A stretch of DNA of 64,000 nucleotides. Source: Candidatus Caccovivens sp. (GTDB lineage: Bacteria; Bacillota; Clostridia; Christensenellales; UBA1242). The DNA lies in the NCBI GenBank assembly GCA_045650745.1, contig JAZRRN010000041.1, positions 17,507-81,506 of the forward strand, in the 5' to 3' direction. Below, in pieces: positions 9,580-18,894 of the stretch. Made by a program: the position numbers and the translations under genes. Under the pieces are notes generated by a model. It had not been told where the DNA came from. It worked only from the letters and a program-made list of their open reading frames with translations, and did no database searches. Each line of letters opens with the position of its first letter. The first letter of the stretch is position 1.

Positions 9580-10077
9580 TTATATTTGTTTGCTGTAACA
9601 AAGCACTGTAATAACTTCCCCTTCACCACCTGGGGTTGTTGGAGGAAATGTTTCTGTAGTGCATTTCAAAAAGTTTGTAAATCCCCAATGAAAGTAAATT
9701 TGCATATTTCTGATTTCGCAAGGTTCTACACCAATTGTAAGCGTTGAAATTTTATTTTCTTTTGCATAATCTTCAATTGCTTGATAAATTTTTGTTGCAA
9801 TCCCCTTGCCCCTATGCTCTGGGTTTATTTCAAGTTTGACAATTTCTGCCTTGCCAACATCTGTCATCACCTTGTCTTTGCTTTTCAAAAGCAAAGTCCC
9901 TTGTCCAACATATTGTTGGTTTTCGTCAAACACAAAAAATGTCTTGCGTTCGCCAGAGATGTTTCCTTCAACAAAGTTTTCTTTCCAAATCTTGTAAGCA
10001 GGATTGTCTGGTTTCTTTTCAATTTTTGCGTCCCACCAAGCAGACAATTCTTCAATGGTTGCAATTCTTGTTTGCAT
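9580..10077 (-). CDS. GNAT family N-acetyltransferase
   Basis: Motif A HRGKGIATKIYQAIEDYA. Size of 165 aa fits the family. Confidence 0.8.
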   Translation of the reverse strand: MQTRIATIEELSAWWDAKIEKKPDNPAYKIWKENFVEGNISGERKTFFVFDENQQYVGQGTLLLKSKDKVMTDVGKAEIVKLEINPEHRGKGIATKIYQAIEDYAKENKISTLTIGVEPCEIRNMQIYFHWGFTNFLKCTTETFPPTTPGGEGEVITVLCYSKQI

Positions 10078-10089
10078 AATATTGTCCTC

Positions 10090-10650
10090 TTATTTGTTTT
10101 TGTATGTAATGTTTTCGAGCACAGTTTCAAGCATGTTGTAAATCAATCTTGTGATCACATCGTTTTGCAAATCAAATTCGCCAACCTTCAACACTTGTGT
10201 TGGATATGGCAGTGGCGCTACACTTACTGATGCTTGATAAAAGTCATTAAATCTTGGTTCGTGAAAAAATGCATTAAGCATTCTTACAACCTTTCCACCA
10301 AAAACAATGTCCTGTGCATAAATTTTAAAATTGAAAGTGCCGTTTGAATAATCTTTGACAAAGAAATATCCATCTCCTACACTTGCATAGTTGTTTTGTT
10401 TCATAAAAGCAAGAGTGTTTGAAACAACCAAATCAACTCTCTGCTCAAAAGTTTCTCCCATCATCAAAGGGCCGTCACTGACAAGTTGTTGCACAAAACC
10501 TTTTTCGTGCATGGCATACAAAATTGTTTGCGCATTTTGTGCATCAATTGGATTAAAATCATTCAAAAGTGGCACATTCAAACATTCTGCATGGAGTTTA
10601 TAGTTCATCATTCTTGCCATTTCAGCTGTTTTTTGTTGAAGATCGTCCAT
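10090..10650 (-). CDS. Hypothetical protein
   Basis: 186-aa ORF with SD AAGGGGA, in an operon with rdgB and the GNAT gene. No motif recognised. Confidence 0.6.
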   Translation of the reverse strand: MDDLQQKTAEMARMMNYKLHAECLNVPLLNDFNPIDAQNAQTILYAMHEKGFVQQLVSDGPLMMGETFEQRVDLVVSNTLAFMKQNNYASVGDGYFFVKDYSNGTFNFKIYAQDIVFGGKVVRMLNAFFHEPRFNDFYQASVSVAPLPYPTQVLKVGEFDLQNDVITRLIYNMLETVLENITYKNK

Positions 10651-10661
10651 TTCTTATCCCC

Positions 10662-11267
10662 TTATTTGTTGAAATATTTGTTTTCTTCTGCTTGAAGATT
10701 GCTCATTGCACGATATCTGTGGCTGACTTTGTTTTTCTCTTCCACTTCGACTTCTGCAAATGATTTGCCAAGATCATCTGACAAAAACAATCTGTCAAAA
10801 GCAAATCCACCTTCACCTCTCGCCTCTGTCAAAATTTGACCATAAGTTTTGCCTTCTGCCCAAATTCGGTCGCCATTTGCAAATTGCTCAACTGCAACGG
10901 TGATGAAATAGGCGCTTCGGTTTGTTTCTCCCTTCAATTTTTCAAGAAGTTTTTGTCTGTTTGCTTCATCGTTTCCGTGTTCGCCAGCATATCTTGCAGA
11001 ATAAATGCCAGGCTCTCCACCCAAAGCATCAACACAAAGTCCACTGTCTTCTGCAATGATGCTGTCATATTGCAAATCTTTGTCTTTCAAAAAGTTTGAA
11101 ATAGAGTCAACCTTGATTGTCGCATTTTCCAAAAATGTTGTGCCGGTTTCTTCAACATCATCAAAAAAACCAACATCAGCCAAACTTAAAATTTCATCAT
11201 TTGGATACATTTTTTTGATTTCTTTAACTTTGTTTTTGTTTCCTGTCGCCAAAATAATCTTTCTCAT
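10662..11267 (-). CDS. rdgB: dITP/XTP pyrophosphatase (RdgB/Ham1 family)
   Basis: MRKIILATGNKNKVKEI... and EDSGLCVDALGGEPGIYSARY. Start moved to ATG 11267, preceded by GGAGGG; the ORF track starts at 11306. Confidence 0.85.
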   Translation of the reverse strand: MRKIILATGNKNKVKEIKKMYPNDEILSLADVGFFDDVEETGTTFLENATIKVDSISNFLKDKDLQYDSIIAEDSGLCVDALGGEPGIYSARYAGEHGNDEANRQKLLEKLKGETNRSAYFITVAVEQFANGDRIWAEGKTYGQILTEARGEGGFAFDRLFLSDDLGKSFAEVEVEEKNKVSHRYRAMSNLQAEENKYFNK

Positions 11268-11286
11268 AAGTTTTACCCTCCAAAAA

Positions 11287-11664
11287 CTATCCGTTTGATT
11301 CTTCAAATGATGTTATACTTATGACAATTATTGCATCAACCTTTAATTCTGGTGGCAAATTTTCTGTCTCTTCATATTGCTTTATCTCTTCAAAAAGTTC
11401 GCCCGTTTGCAATATCTGGCCAACGCCCTCTATTTTATATTGCAAATCGTCATTTTCTGGAATTAACACATTGATAAAGCATTTTGAGTTTTGTTTTAAG
11501 TTTTCAAAAGTTTTTTTCATTTGAATGTTTGACAAAATAATTTTATCGTTTGACACTCTGCTAGGCACAACCCAAATGCTTCTTGGTTGGTTTGTTGTGT
11601 CAGATGTTGCAAAAATCACTTTTTCTGCATTTTTGATATTGTCAATTTGTGCTTGATTCAACAT
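11287..11664 (-). CDS. Pyridoxamine 5'-phosphate oxidase-like (FMN-binding split-barrel) family protein
   Basis: About 125 aa with the pattern VIFATSD...PRSIWV typical of small PNPOx-like proteins. ATG 11664 is preceded by GGGGGA. Confidence 0.5.
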   Translation of the reverse strand: MLNQAQIDNIKNAEKVIFATSDTTNQPRSIWVVPSRVSNDKIILSNIQMKKTFENLKQNSKCFINVLIPENDDLQYKIEGVGQILQTGELFEEIKQYEETENLPPELKVDAIIVISITSFEESNG

Positions 11665-11682
11665 AAAATCCCCCAATGTATA

Positions 11683-12462
11683 CTAAAACTTTCTATCCAT
11701 TTCAACAGCACATTCAAACGCAAGTGCTGCAACTTTTTGCTTTGCATCTTGATTGCTGTTTGAATTCATAATATTTCGTGGATCATATTGCTCGTTTGCC
11801 AAGTTGTCTGCTGCGTAGAAGAGTTGTCCATATTTCACCCCTCTAAACTTGCACAAAATGTCATAAGCCGAACATTCCATATCAACTGTGATTGCACCTC
11901 TTGCAATACGGTCTTGCACCTTTTGTGGGGTTTCTCTAAAAATTGCATCTGTTGTCCAAGTCTTGCCTTTTTTGTAGTTGATGCCATGTTGTTTGAGCAC
12001 CTCTTCCAAAACTGAAACAACTTCTTCGTCAAGCACAGTTTCGTCACTTGCTGGAGCATAGTGATAACTTGTGCCTTCGTCACGGATTGCTGCTGTTGGA
12101 ATGATGATTGAATATTCTTCAATGTCATCTTGCAAACAACCACAACTGCCAACTGCGATAATGTTTTTGACGCCAAGAGAAATCAACTCTTCTGCATTTG
12201 AAATACATGCCGGAGCACCAACTGCAGATTGAAAAACAGCAATCTCTGTGCCGTTGATGTTTACTTTATAAACCGGAAAAACAGCTGTTGAGTTTTTGAT
12301 TTCTTCTGTTATCAATTCAGCATGATAATTTTCGACAACTGCTTTCATAACAGATTTCGAGAAAAATGTAACACAAGTTTTTGGCATGTTTGCCAATGGT
12401 TTGTGAAACAAATCCGGATTTATCATTGCTCTTTTTGTGTTGTCAAATTGTTGCAAAAGCAT
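11683..12462 (-). CDS. Nucleoside phosphorylase, PNP/UDP family (uridine-phosphorylase-like)
   Basis: GAPACISNAEELISLG, AVGSCGCL, RDEGTSYHY and VDMECSA. The true start is ATG 12462 (SD AAAGGAGAA). The ORF-track N-terminal extension to 12660 reads through a tRNA gene. Confidence 0.75.
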   Translation of the reverse strand: MLLQQFDNTKRAMINPDLFHKPLANMPKTCVTFFSKSVMKAVVENYHAELITEEIKNSTAVFPVYKVNINGTEIAVFQSAVGAPACISNAEELISLGVKNIIAVGSCGCLQDDIEEYSIIIPTAAIRDEGTSYHYAPASDETVLDEEVVSVLEEVLKQHGINYKKGKTWTTDAIFRETPQKVQDRIARGAITVDMECSAYDILCKFRGVKYGQLFYAADNLANEQYDPRNIMNSNSNQDAKQKVAALAFECAVEMDRKF

Positions 12463-12486
12463 AAGTTTTTCTCCTTTGTTGAAATT

Positions 12487-12569
<83 letters not shown>

Positions 12570-12577
12570 ATAAATAT

Positions 12578-12588
12578 ATTATATCACA
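12578..12588 (-). promoter_or_regulatory. Extended -10 promoter (TGTGATATAAT) for tRNA-Leu and probably the downstream operon
   Basis: The hexamer ends 8 nt before the mature tRNA 5' end. No terminator lies between the tRNA and the nucleoside phosphorylase SD. Confidence 0.5.
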
Positions 12589-12619
12589 TTTGAGCAGTCG
12601 ATTAAAGTGTTTTTTTGAC

Positions 12620-12649
12620 AAAACAAAAACCCCACAGCAAATTGTGAGG
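12620..12649 (-). terminator. Terminator of the M18 aminopeptidase gene
   Basis: Minus strand CCUCACA-N6-UGUGGGG followed by a U-rich tract. Confidence 0.6.
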
Positions 12650-12665
12650 TCTTTTGTCAAAAATT

Positions 12666-14030
12666 TTAGTTGTTGATTGGCATTTTGTAAAATGCTTTGT
12701 ATGCTCTGTATGTTTCGTAAACATCAACTTTGCTCACGATTTCCCAAGGAGCATGCATATTGAGCACTGGCACACCGGCATCAATAACATTCATGCCATG
12801 TTTTGCCATAATGTAAGCAATTGTGCCACCACCACCTTGGTCCACTTTGCCCATTTCAGTAAATTGACATGCAACATCTTCTTTGTCGAAGCAATCTCGA
12901 AGTTGTGCAATAAACTCTGGGTTTGCATCGTTTGCACCAGATTTGCCGCGAGCACCTGTAAACTTGTTGAAGTTGATACCTTTTGCAAAGTGCGCATCTG
13001 TTTCTACATTGAATGGAGCAACATAGTTTGGATCAACTGCAGCAGTAACATCACTTGAAAGCATGTTTGATTTGTTTAGTGCTCTGCGAAGTGAAAGCTC
13101 GTTGTATTGTCCTGCCAAATTCATAATTTCGGCGAGTGCATTTTCAAAATATTTGCTGTGCATACCTGTTGCACCTACGCTGCCAATTTCTTCCTTGTCA
13201 ACAAGAAGTTTCATAACTGAAAACTCTGGTTTTTCTGTTTCAAAAATTGCTTGCAAACCTGTGTAAGCACAAACTCTGTCATCATGACCATAACCAATGA
13301 TCATGCTTTCATCAATGCCACAATCTCTTGCAGGTCCTGCTGGCACAATCTCAATTTCTGCAGAATACAAATCTTCTTCTTTGATGCCTTTCTTTTCAAA
13401 AATCTTGAGAATATAATTTTTAAATTGATTTTTCTTTTCTTCTTGGTCTGCAATGTTGCCTGCCAAAACATTGAGGTCTTCGCCTTTGATATCTTTGCGA
13501 TCATCTCTTTCAAGATGTGGCAACAAATCAGTGATTGCCAAAACTGCATCATTTCCTTCACCAAAAACAATGTCTTCTTTTGTGCCATCTTTTCTCACAA
13601 CAACACCATGCATTGCAAGTGGTTGCGCTGTCCATTGGTATTTTTTGATGCCACCATAATAATGTGTGTCAAGCATGCAGAATCCTTGACTTTCATACAA
13701 AGGTTTTGCCTTCAAATCAAGTCTTGGCGAGTCAATGTGAGAGCCCACAATGTTGATGCCTTTTTCAATTGGCTGTTTGCCCACAACAAACAAAAGCATT
13801 GCCTTGTCCATGTTGACAGCATAAACCTTGTCGCCTGCTTTGAGCTTTTTGTTTTTTTCAATAAGAGTTTTCAAACTCTTAAACCCTCTTTTCTCTGCTT
13901 CTGCAACAGCATATTTGATGCATTCTCTTTCTGTTTTGCATTCGCTTAAAAACTTTTTGTAACCATCACAAAATTCTTCTACAACAGTTCCTTTTTCGTC
14001 AGAATATTTTTCCCAAAGATTTGTTTTCAT
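12666..14030 (-). CDS. M18 family aminopeptidase
   Basis: 454 aa, with GSHIDSPRLDLK, GYGHDDRVC, EEIGS and HAPWE. Confidence 0.8.
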   Translation of the reverse strand: MKTNLWEKYSDEKGTVVEEFCDGYKKFLSECKTERECIKYAVAEAEKRGFKSLKTLIEKNKKLKAGDKVYAVNMDKAMLLFVVGKQPIEKGINIVGSHIDSPRLDLKAKPLYESQGFCMLDTHYYGGIKKYQWTAQPLAMHGVVVRKDGTKEDIVFGEGNDAVLAITDLLPHLERDDRKDIKGEDLNVLAGNIADQEEKKNQFKNYILKIFEKKGIKEEDLYSAEIEIVPAGPARDCGIDESMIIGYGHDDRVCAYTGLQAIFETEKPEFSVMKLLVDKEEIGSVGATGMHSKYFENALAEIMNLAGQYNELSLRRALNKSNMLSSDVTAAVDPNYVAPFNVETDAHFAKGINFNKFTGARGKSGANDANPEFIAQLRDCFDKEDVACQFTEMGKVDQGGGGTIAYIMAKHGMNVIDAGVPVLNMHAPWEIVSKVDVYETYRAYKAFYKMPINN

Positions 14031-14089
14031 CTTATCTCCTCCATAATTTTATTATACACAAAACAACATTTCAAAACCAAACATTTGCA

Positions 14090-14764
14090 TCATTCTTCAA
14101 GTGGTTTTTTCTCTGCTTTTGTCGAGTTTGTCCAATTTATAAATCCCACAAAACAACTAAGCAGGCAACTTGCACTCATGATCAGCATCAACAAGTCAAA
14201 TGTGATTGCCCACATAACAACAGACAGTATGTTGACCACCAGCCACAAAAACCATTGTTCTCGATATCTAAATGCCATCAAAAGTGTTGCAACAAAAGAA
14301 ACGACTGTGCTTGCAGCATCAACAAAAACATTGACTCCACCAATCGCTTTAAGCAAAAAGGCATACCCAACAAAAAAAACAGCACAAGCAACAGAGACAA
14401 TCAAAATTTGTTTCCAATTCAGCTTTTTTGCAGGCACTCTGTTTGTTTTGTCAAGATGCTTGCGCCACATGCAAAACGAAACAACAATCATAGGCAAGTC
14501 GACTGCCAAATAGAAAATCACTTCGCCATACAACTTCGCCTGAAACGCCACATAAACATAGGTTGCCGAACTGGCCAGCCCAACAATAAAATTCCACACG
14601 CTTCGATCAGACAACAACACAACATACATTATGCCTGCCACACAAGAAAGAAGCGTAAGCCAATTTAGTTTGAGCACAATTGTCAAAATCAAACATACAA
14701 CAATCACCAAAGAAAAAAAGCCATAGTTGCAAATTGTGTATAATTGCTTTTTGTTTATTTTCAT
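14090..14764 (-). CDS. pnuC: Nicotinamide riboside transporter PnuC family
   Basis: About 224 aa, multi-TM, with the C-terminal WLVVNILSVVMW...INW pattern typical of PnuC. ATG 14764 follows AAGAGGA; the ORF track begins one codon earlier at a TTG. Confidence 0.65.
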   Translation of the reverse strand: MKINKKQLYTICNYGFFSLVIVVCLILTIVLKLNWLTLLSCVAGIMYVVLLSDRSVWNFIVGLASSATYVYVAFQAKLYGEVIFYLAVDLPMIVVSFCMWRKHLDKTNRVPAKKLNWKQILIVSVACAVFFVGYAFLLKAIGGVNVFVDAASTVVSFVATLLMAFRYREQWFLWLVVNILSVVMWAITFDLLMLIMSASCLLSCFVGFINWTNSTKAEKKPLEE

Positions 14765-14809
14765 CAAATCCTCTTTGCATCTACTATATCACACCTTGGT
14801 TGTAAAAAA

Positions 14810-14842
14810 CAAAAAAATACGGACAAAAATGTCCGTATTTTT
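14810..14842. terminator. Bidirectional-looking terminator after the WG-repeat gene
   Basis: ATACGGAC-N6-GTCCGTAT flanked by an A-run and a T-run. Confidence 0.7.
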
Positions 14843-14846
14843 CAAA

Positions 14847-16688
14847 TTAATGTCCTATTGTTTTTGGAGCTTTTGTTTTTGTTGTTGCTGTTGTTGGCTC
14901 TTCCACAATTGGAGCGACAACAACTGCATCTTTTGGTCTGATATGTTCTGGCATTGCGTCATAGTCCATGTGAACATATTGTGCAATCACGCTGTGAGAA
15001 ACCACTTCGCTTGAAGTAGAAAACCCTTTTTCAACCCTTGTAGTTGTGTGGGTAACAGTTTCACTTGTTGCTTCATGAGCAATCGCAGCTCCGATTGGTC
15101 CACCAATCATAAATCCACCCAAAGTAGCCAAAGCTCTTTGATCTTCTGAATATTTGTAAGTTGTCTTTTTTTCTTTTACAACTTTTTCTTCTCTATGATA
15201 AACAGTTCTGTCTGTTTGAGCAAAAAGATATGGGCTTTCTGTGTTGATAAAAATGTCTCTTTCTCCCCACTCTGCTTCTGGATATCTAAATTCGCCGTAT
15301 GTAAATTGACTTCCTTTGATTCTGCTGTCATAGAAACCACCACAGTCTGAGCTGGTCCTTTCCAAAACTGGATCGACAACAACATGTCCGTTTGAGTTTA
15401 CAATTCCGTATCTGCCATTGTCACCTTGGAAAACAAATCTAAACAACGACCCTTCTTTTGGTGGTTGTGGCTTTGAATAATATGGGCCATATTTTGCACC
15501 ATCTTCATATCTAACAACTGGTTTATCACAATTTAAAAATCTTTCAAGGCAGATCCCTTTGTAAGCAACAGGCACTGCGATCTTTTTGTCAATTGTGCTG
15601 TAAAGTCCATGCTTGCCATCTTTTCCCAAACCAATGAAATATTCAGATTCGTCTCTGTCATATCTGCTGTCTCTTGCTTGAAAACTGTCATATTCAAATG
15701 GCACCAATACTTTGCCCTTCGAATCGATCAATCCACACTTTCCATCTGGATTTTTCGCTTGCAAAACTCCATTTTTGATGCCAACAATTGTGTGTGGCAC
15801 TTCAACAGCAGATGCAAGTGTATTTTCGTCACTCAAAGTCAAAACAGTTGCATTTCCTTCGCCTTTGTTGAGTGCAATGATTCCGTCTCTCATCACAACT
15901 GAAGAAACTTTTTCTGTTGTTTGATAAAGCACTTCACCTGTGTTTGGGTTTACGACATAGGATCTGTCTTTGCCTTGAATAACATAAACATTGATGTCAT
16001 ATTTGTTGTATGGCTTGTGGAGTTTGTAATCCTTTCCCACTCCCTCATAAGATCCGACTTGCTTGTCATCTTTAAGCATATGCAAAGTGTCGTTTTCAAG
16101 CACAAGTTTTGATCTTTCGTCTACTTCTTTGATATCCAAATTTGCTGTGTCAAACATTGCTGGTGTGGCAAAGTGGTCATTTTTCAAAACACCATATTTG
16201 CCTGTGGTCAAATCTTTGTATGTGTTTTCATCAACATATTCAAGTTGCAAGTCCATCACATTCAAGTTTTCATCAAGCGAAACAAAGTGTCCCTTTGTGT
16301 CGATTGCATAGATTGTTTTGTTTCCATCATAATCAAAACCAATGCGTGCATCGGTCACTTTTTTAAGTGGACCTGCAACCTGTGCAGAAGAGTTGAAAAT
16401 GTAAACTTCGCCAGTGTCTTTTTGCTCAAAAGCATAAACACCGCTTCCAAATTCGTAAATTCTTTCTGCCACAAATCTTTCGTCTTTGATTTTGATTTTC
16501 AAACCATCTCTTGATGGCGAAACCCTGATGCCTTTGTGACTAAATGGCTTTGAATACATTGTCACATCTCTTTCATCTCTGCGATAATCGTGACTCGATT
16601 GACTTTTCTTTGTCAAAGAATATCTGCCAAACAATCCACCATTGTCTTGCACTCTATAATATTCTCTTCTGCTCCTTCCTGCAAACAT
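14847..16688 (-). CDS. WG-repeat-containing protein with C-terminal glycine-zipper hydrophobic segment
   Basis: Repeats of the type GKCGLIDSKGKVLVPFEYDS, GKHGLYSTIDKKIAVPVAYKG and GRYGIVNSNGHVVVDPVLE. Late segment LATLGGFMIGGPIGAAIA. SD GAGGAGG. Confidence 0.6.
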   Translation of the reverse strand: MFAGRSRREYYRVQDNGGLFGRYSLTKKSQSSHDYRRDERDVTMYSKPFSHKGIRVSPSRDGLKIKIKDERFVAERIYEFGSGVYAFEQKDTGEVYIFNSSAQVAGPLKKVTDARIGFDYDGNKTIYAIDTKGHFVSLDENLNVMDLQLEYVDENTYKDLTTGKYGVLKNDHFATPAMFDTANLDIKEVDERSKLVLENDTLHMLKDDKQVGSYEGVGKDYKLHKPYNKYDINVYVIQGKDRSYVVNPNTGEVLYQTTEKVSSVVMRDGIIALNKGEGNATVLTLSDENTLASAVEVPHTIVGIKNGVLQAKNPDGKCGLIDSKGKVLVPFEYDSFQARDSRYDRDESEYFIGLGKDGKHGLYSTIDKKIAVPVAYKGICLERFLNCDKPVVRYEDGAKYGPYYSKPQPPKEGSLFRFVFQGDNGRYGIVNSNGHVVVDPVLERTSSDCGGFYDSRIKGSQFTYGEFRYPEAEWGERDIFINTESPYLFAQTDRTVYHREEKVVKEKKTTYKYSEDQRALATLGGFMIGGPIGAAIAHEATSETVTHTTTRVEKGFSTSSEVVSHSVIAQYVHMDYDAMPEHIRPKDAVVVAPIVEEPTTATTKTKAPKTIGH

Positions 16689-16754
16689 AAAATTCCTCCT
16701 CTATATAAAAATATTATATCACAACTCGTCCAAACAGTCAACAGCACCTTTTCA

Positions 16755-18761
16755 CTAGTCAGTCAAATAAAATGTGCAAGTTGACATCTTTTTTCGCTTT
16801 AATGAAAGCACTTTTCCGTTGTCCATGCGATAAGCAAAATCTTTTGCACAAGGACACTTGCTGCAATTTGCACCCATATGCGATTTAAACGGACAGTGTC
16901 TGAGCGTCATGTATGGAGCTGTCATTTTGTGACCAACAATCCCCTCTGCTGCCAAAATTGGCATACCATAAAACTCTGCTGCATAATTGTTGAAAACATT
17001 AAGCCCCCAACCAATCACTTTTTCGCAATCAAAGTCAAGTGCATAATAGTTGTTTGCAACAATGCCTACATTTGTCTGTTTCACAAGATTTTTCAAAAAT
17101 TCAACATCGCAATCAAGGGCAAAGTTTGGCAGTTCAAGCCATAGTTTCTTTCCATTTGTTTTGCACTTGTCCACAAACTCTTGCACATCTTCCATTTCAT
17201 AAACTTCTGGCGAATAAACAATGTTTTTTGCACGACAACTCTCTTGAAGAGTTTCCACAATTTCAAAGTCATCAAACCCTTTTGATTTGAATGTTGTTTT
17301 GATTTCAATTTTTGAAAGGTGCTCTCTGTCGTTTTCAACCAATGCTTGTTGCAACCTCTCAAACACACGCCTTCTAAACTCGTTGAGTTGTTGTTTTGCA
17401 ACAAAAACATTTTCAAGTTTGCAAATTTCAACTTCTGCCTCAAACAACTCGCTTTTGTTGAAGTTTGTTTGGATTTCTTCTTTCGTCAATGGTTGTCTTT
17501 GCGCTGGCTGACACTCTGCCCCTTTAACCACAACCGTTTTGCCTTTCACAACAAGTTCTGCACAAAGAGGTTTGCCAATTTCGGCAAAAATCTTGACACA
17601 CTGTTTTCGTTTCTTTGCTTGCAAAAGCACTTCTTCTTCAACCTTTGCATCAACAATCAAATTGACAACATCGCCCACTGCCACTTTTTGAGTGGTCGTA
17701 AACATATATCTATCTTTTGCAAGTTGCTTCAAATCAAATGCAGACAATGTGGTTTTTTCTTTTCCGTCTGCAAAAATTTTGAAAGTTGATTTTGGCGAAA
17801 GGGTTCTGTTTGAAGTGACAAACACTTCGTTAAACTTTTTGCCATAATTTACCTTTTCAACCTTGCCAACATTGATGCCAATGTGATTTTGATAATAAGA
17901 AATTATCTTGCCGTTGCCATCAAAATACCCTGCCGTAAAATCACGATTGAAAGCAAGCTTCAACTCTTGCTTGTCCACTTTTTGATTGTGCAAAGCATTG
18001 TAATATTGTCTTGTTGCCATTGCAACATACGCTGACCTTCTTGCTCTGCCCTCAATCTTCAAAACATCAACGCCAACCTTTTTCAAATCTTTCAATCTGT
18101 CAATCATGTTGAAATCTTTTGCACTGAGCAAAAATCCTTTTTTCAACACCTTGCCAGCCTTTTCAAAAGTGTAAGGCAACCTGCAAAGTTGTTTGCACTT
18201 GCCTCTGTTTCCACTCGCATCACACATATAAGCACTCAAATAGCAATTGCCAGAAAAACACACGCACAAAGCCCCTTGTGCAAAATATTCAATTTCGACC
18301 GAAGTGTTTTGTCTTATGTTTTCAATTTCTTCCAGAGGCGTTTCTCTTGCCAAAACAACTCTCTTAAATCCCATCTTTTCTGCAAATTTGACACCTTCAA
18401 GGTTATGCAGTCCCATTTGTGTGCTTGCGTGCACTTCGATTTGTGGATAATGCTTGAAAATCAAACTCGCAAGACCAATGTCTTGCACAATAAAGCTGTC
18501 AACCCCCATGTTGTAAGCATCAACAACAACATCAAGCGCCTTTTGCATTTCTTCATCAGAAAACAAAATGTTGATAGCCAAATTTACTTTGACATTAAAA
18601 GTGTGTGCAAACTCCACAACCTCTTGCAAATCAGCAAGACCAAACCCATCAATGTTGTTTCTGGCATTGAAATCGTTGATGCCAAGATAAACCTCATCTG
18701 CACCGTTGAACACAGCCATTTTCAAACTTTCAAAATTGCCAACCGGCGATAATATCTTCAT
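16755..18761 (-). CDS. Peptidase U32 family protein (long form)
   Basis: MKILSPVGNFESLKMAVFNGADEVYLG... and KIEGRARR. Start set to ATG 18761; the ORF track starts at 18779. Confidence 0.8.
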   Translation of the reverse strand: MKILSPVGNFESLKMAVFNGADEVYLGINDFNARNNIDGFGLADLQEVVEFAHTFNVKVNLAINILFSDEEMQKALDVVVDAYNMGVDSFIVQDIGLASLIFKHYPQIEVHASTQMGLHNLEGVKFAEKMGFKRVVLARETPLEEIENIRQNTSVEIEYFAQGALCVCFSGNCYLSAYMCDASGNRGKCKQLCRLPYTFEKAGKVLKKGFLLSAKDFNMIDRLKDLKKVGVDVLKIEGRARRSAYVAMATRQYYNALHNQKVDKQELKLAFNRDFTAGYFDGNGKIISYYQNHIGINVGKVEKVNYGKKFNEVFVTSNRTLSPKSTFKIFADGKEKTTLSAFDLKQLAKDRYMFTTTQKVAVGDVVNLIVDAKVEEEVLLQAKKRKQCVKIFAEIGKPLCAELVVKGKTVVVKGAECQPAQRQPLTKEEIQTNFNKSELFEAEVEICKLENVFVAKQQLNEFRRRVFERLQQALVENDREHLSKIEIKTTFKSKGFDDFEIVETLQESCRAKNIVYSPEVYEMEDVQEFVDKCKTNGKKLWLELPNFALDCDVEFLKNLVKQTNVGIVANNYYALDFDCEKVIGWGLNVFNNYAAEFYGMPILAAEGIVGHKMTAPYMTLRHCPFKSHMGANCSKCPCAKDFAYRMDNGKVLSLKRKKMSTCTFYLTD

Positions 18762-18767
18762 ATTGCG

Positions 18768-18778
18768 ATTATAGCACA
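18768..18778 (-). promoter_or_regulatory. Extended -10 (TGTGCTATAAT) 6 nt from the ATG: leaderless candidate
   Basis: Minus strand TGTGCTATAAT-cgcaat-ATG(18761), with no SD. Confidence 0.5.
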
Positions 18779-18894
18779 ACCGTTTTGATTTTTCAAAAAA
18801 TTTATTAATTTATTTTTAATCCAACATTTGTTTGTTTTTAATTTTTTCATGGTGTATAATAAATCTGCTAAACAAAGTTTCACAAGGAGAAAAT

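Noticed and set aside
13251-13949. A 232-aa plus-strand ORF, plus similar ones at 14021-14668, 18189-18752, 46810-47376, 53478-54059, 54882-55433, 56766-57281 and 58164-58700.
   Set aside because: All are fully nested antisense to well-supported genes and in exact codon register with them. Their translations are low-complexity (rich in F, C, K, N) with no SD or promoter. They are a by-product of codon bias, not genes.
14765-14846. A riboswitch (NAD+/pnuC motif) upstream of pnuC.
   Set aside because: The predicted leader between the TATAGT hexamer and the ATG is only about 18 nt. The rest of the gap is the WG-gene terminator.
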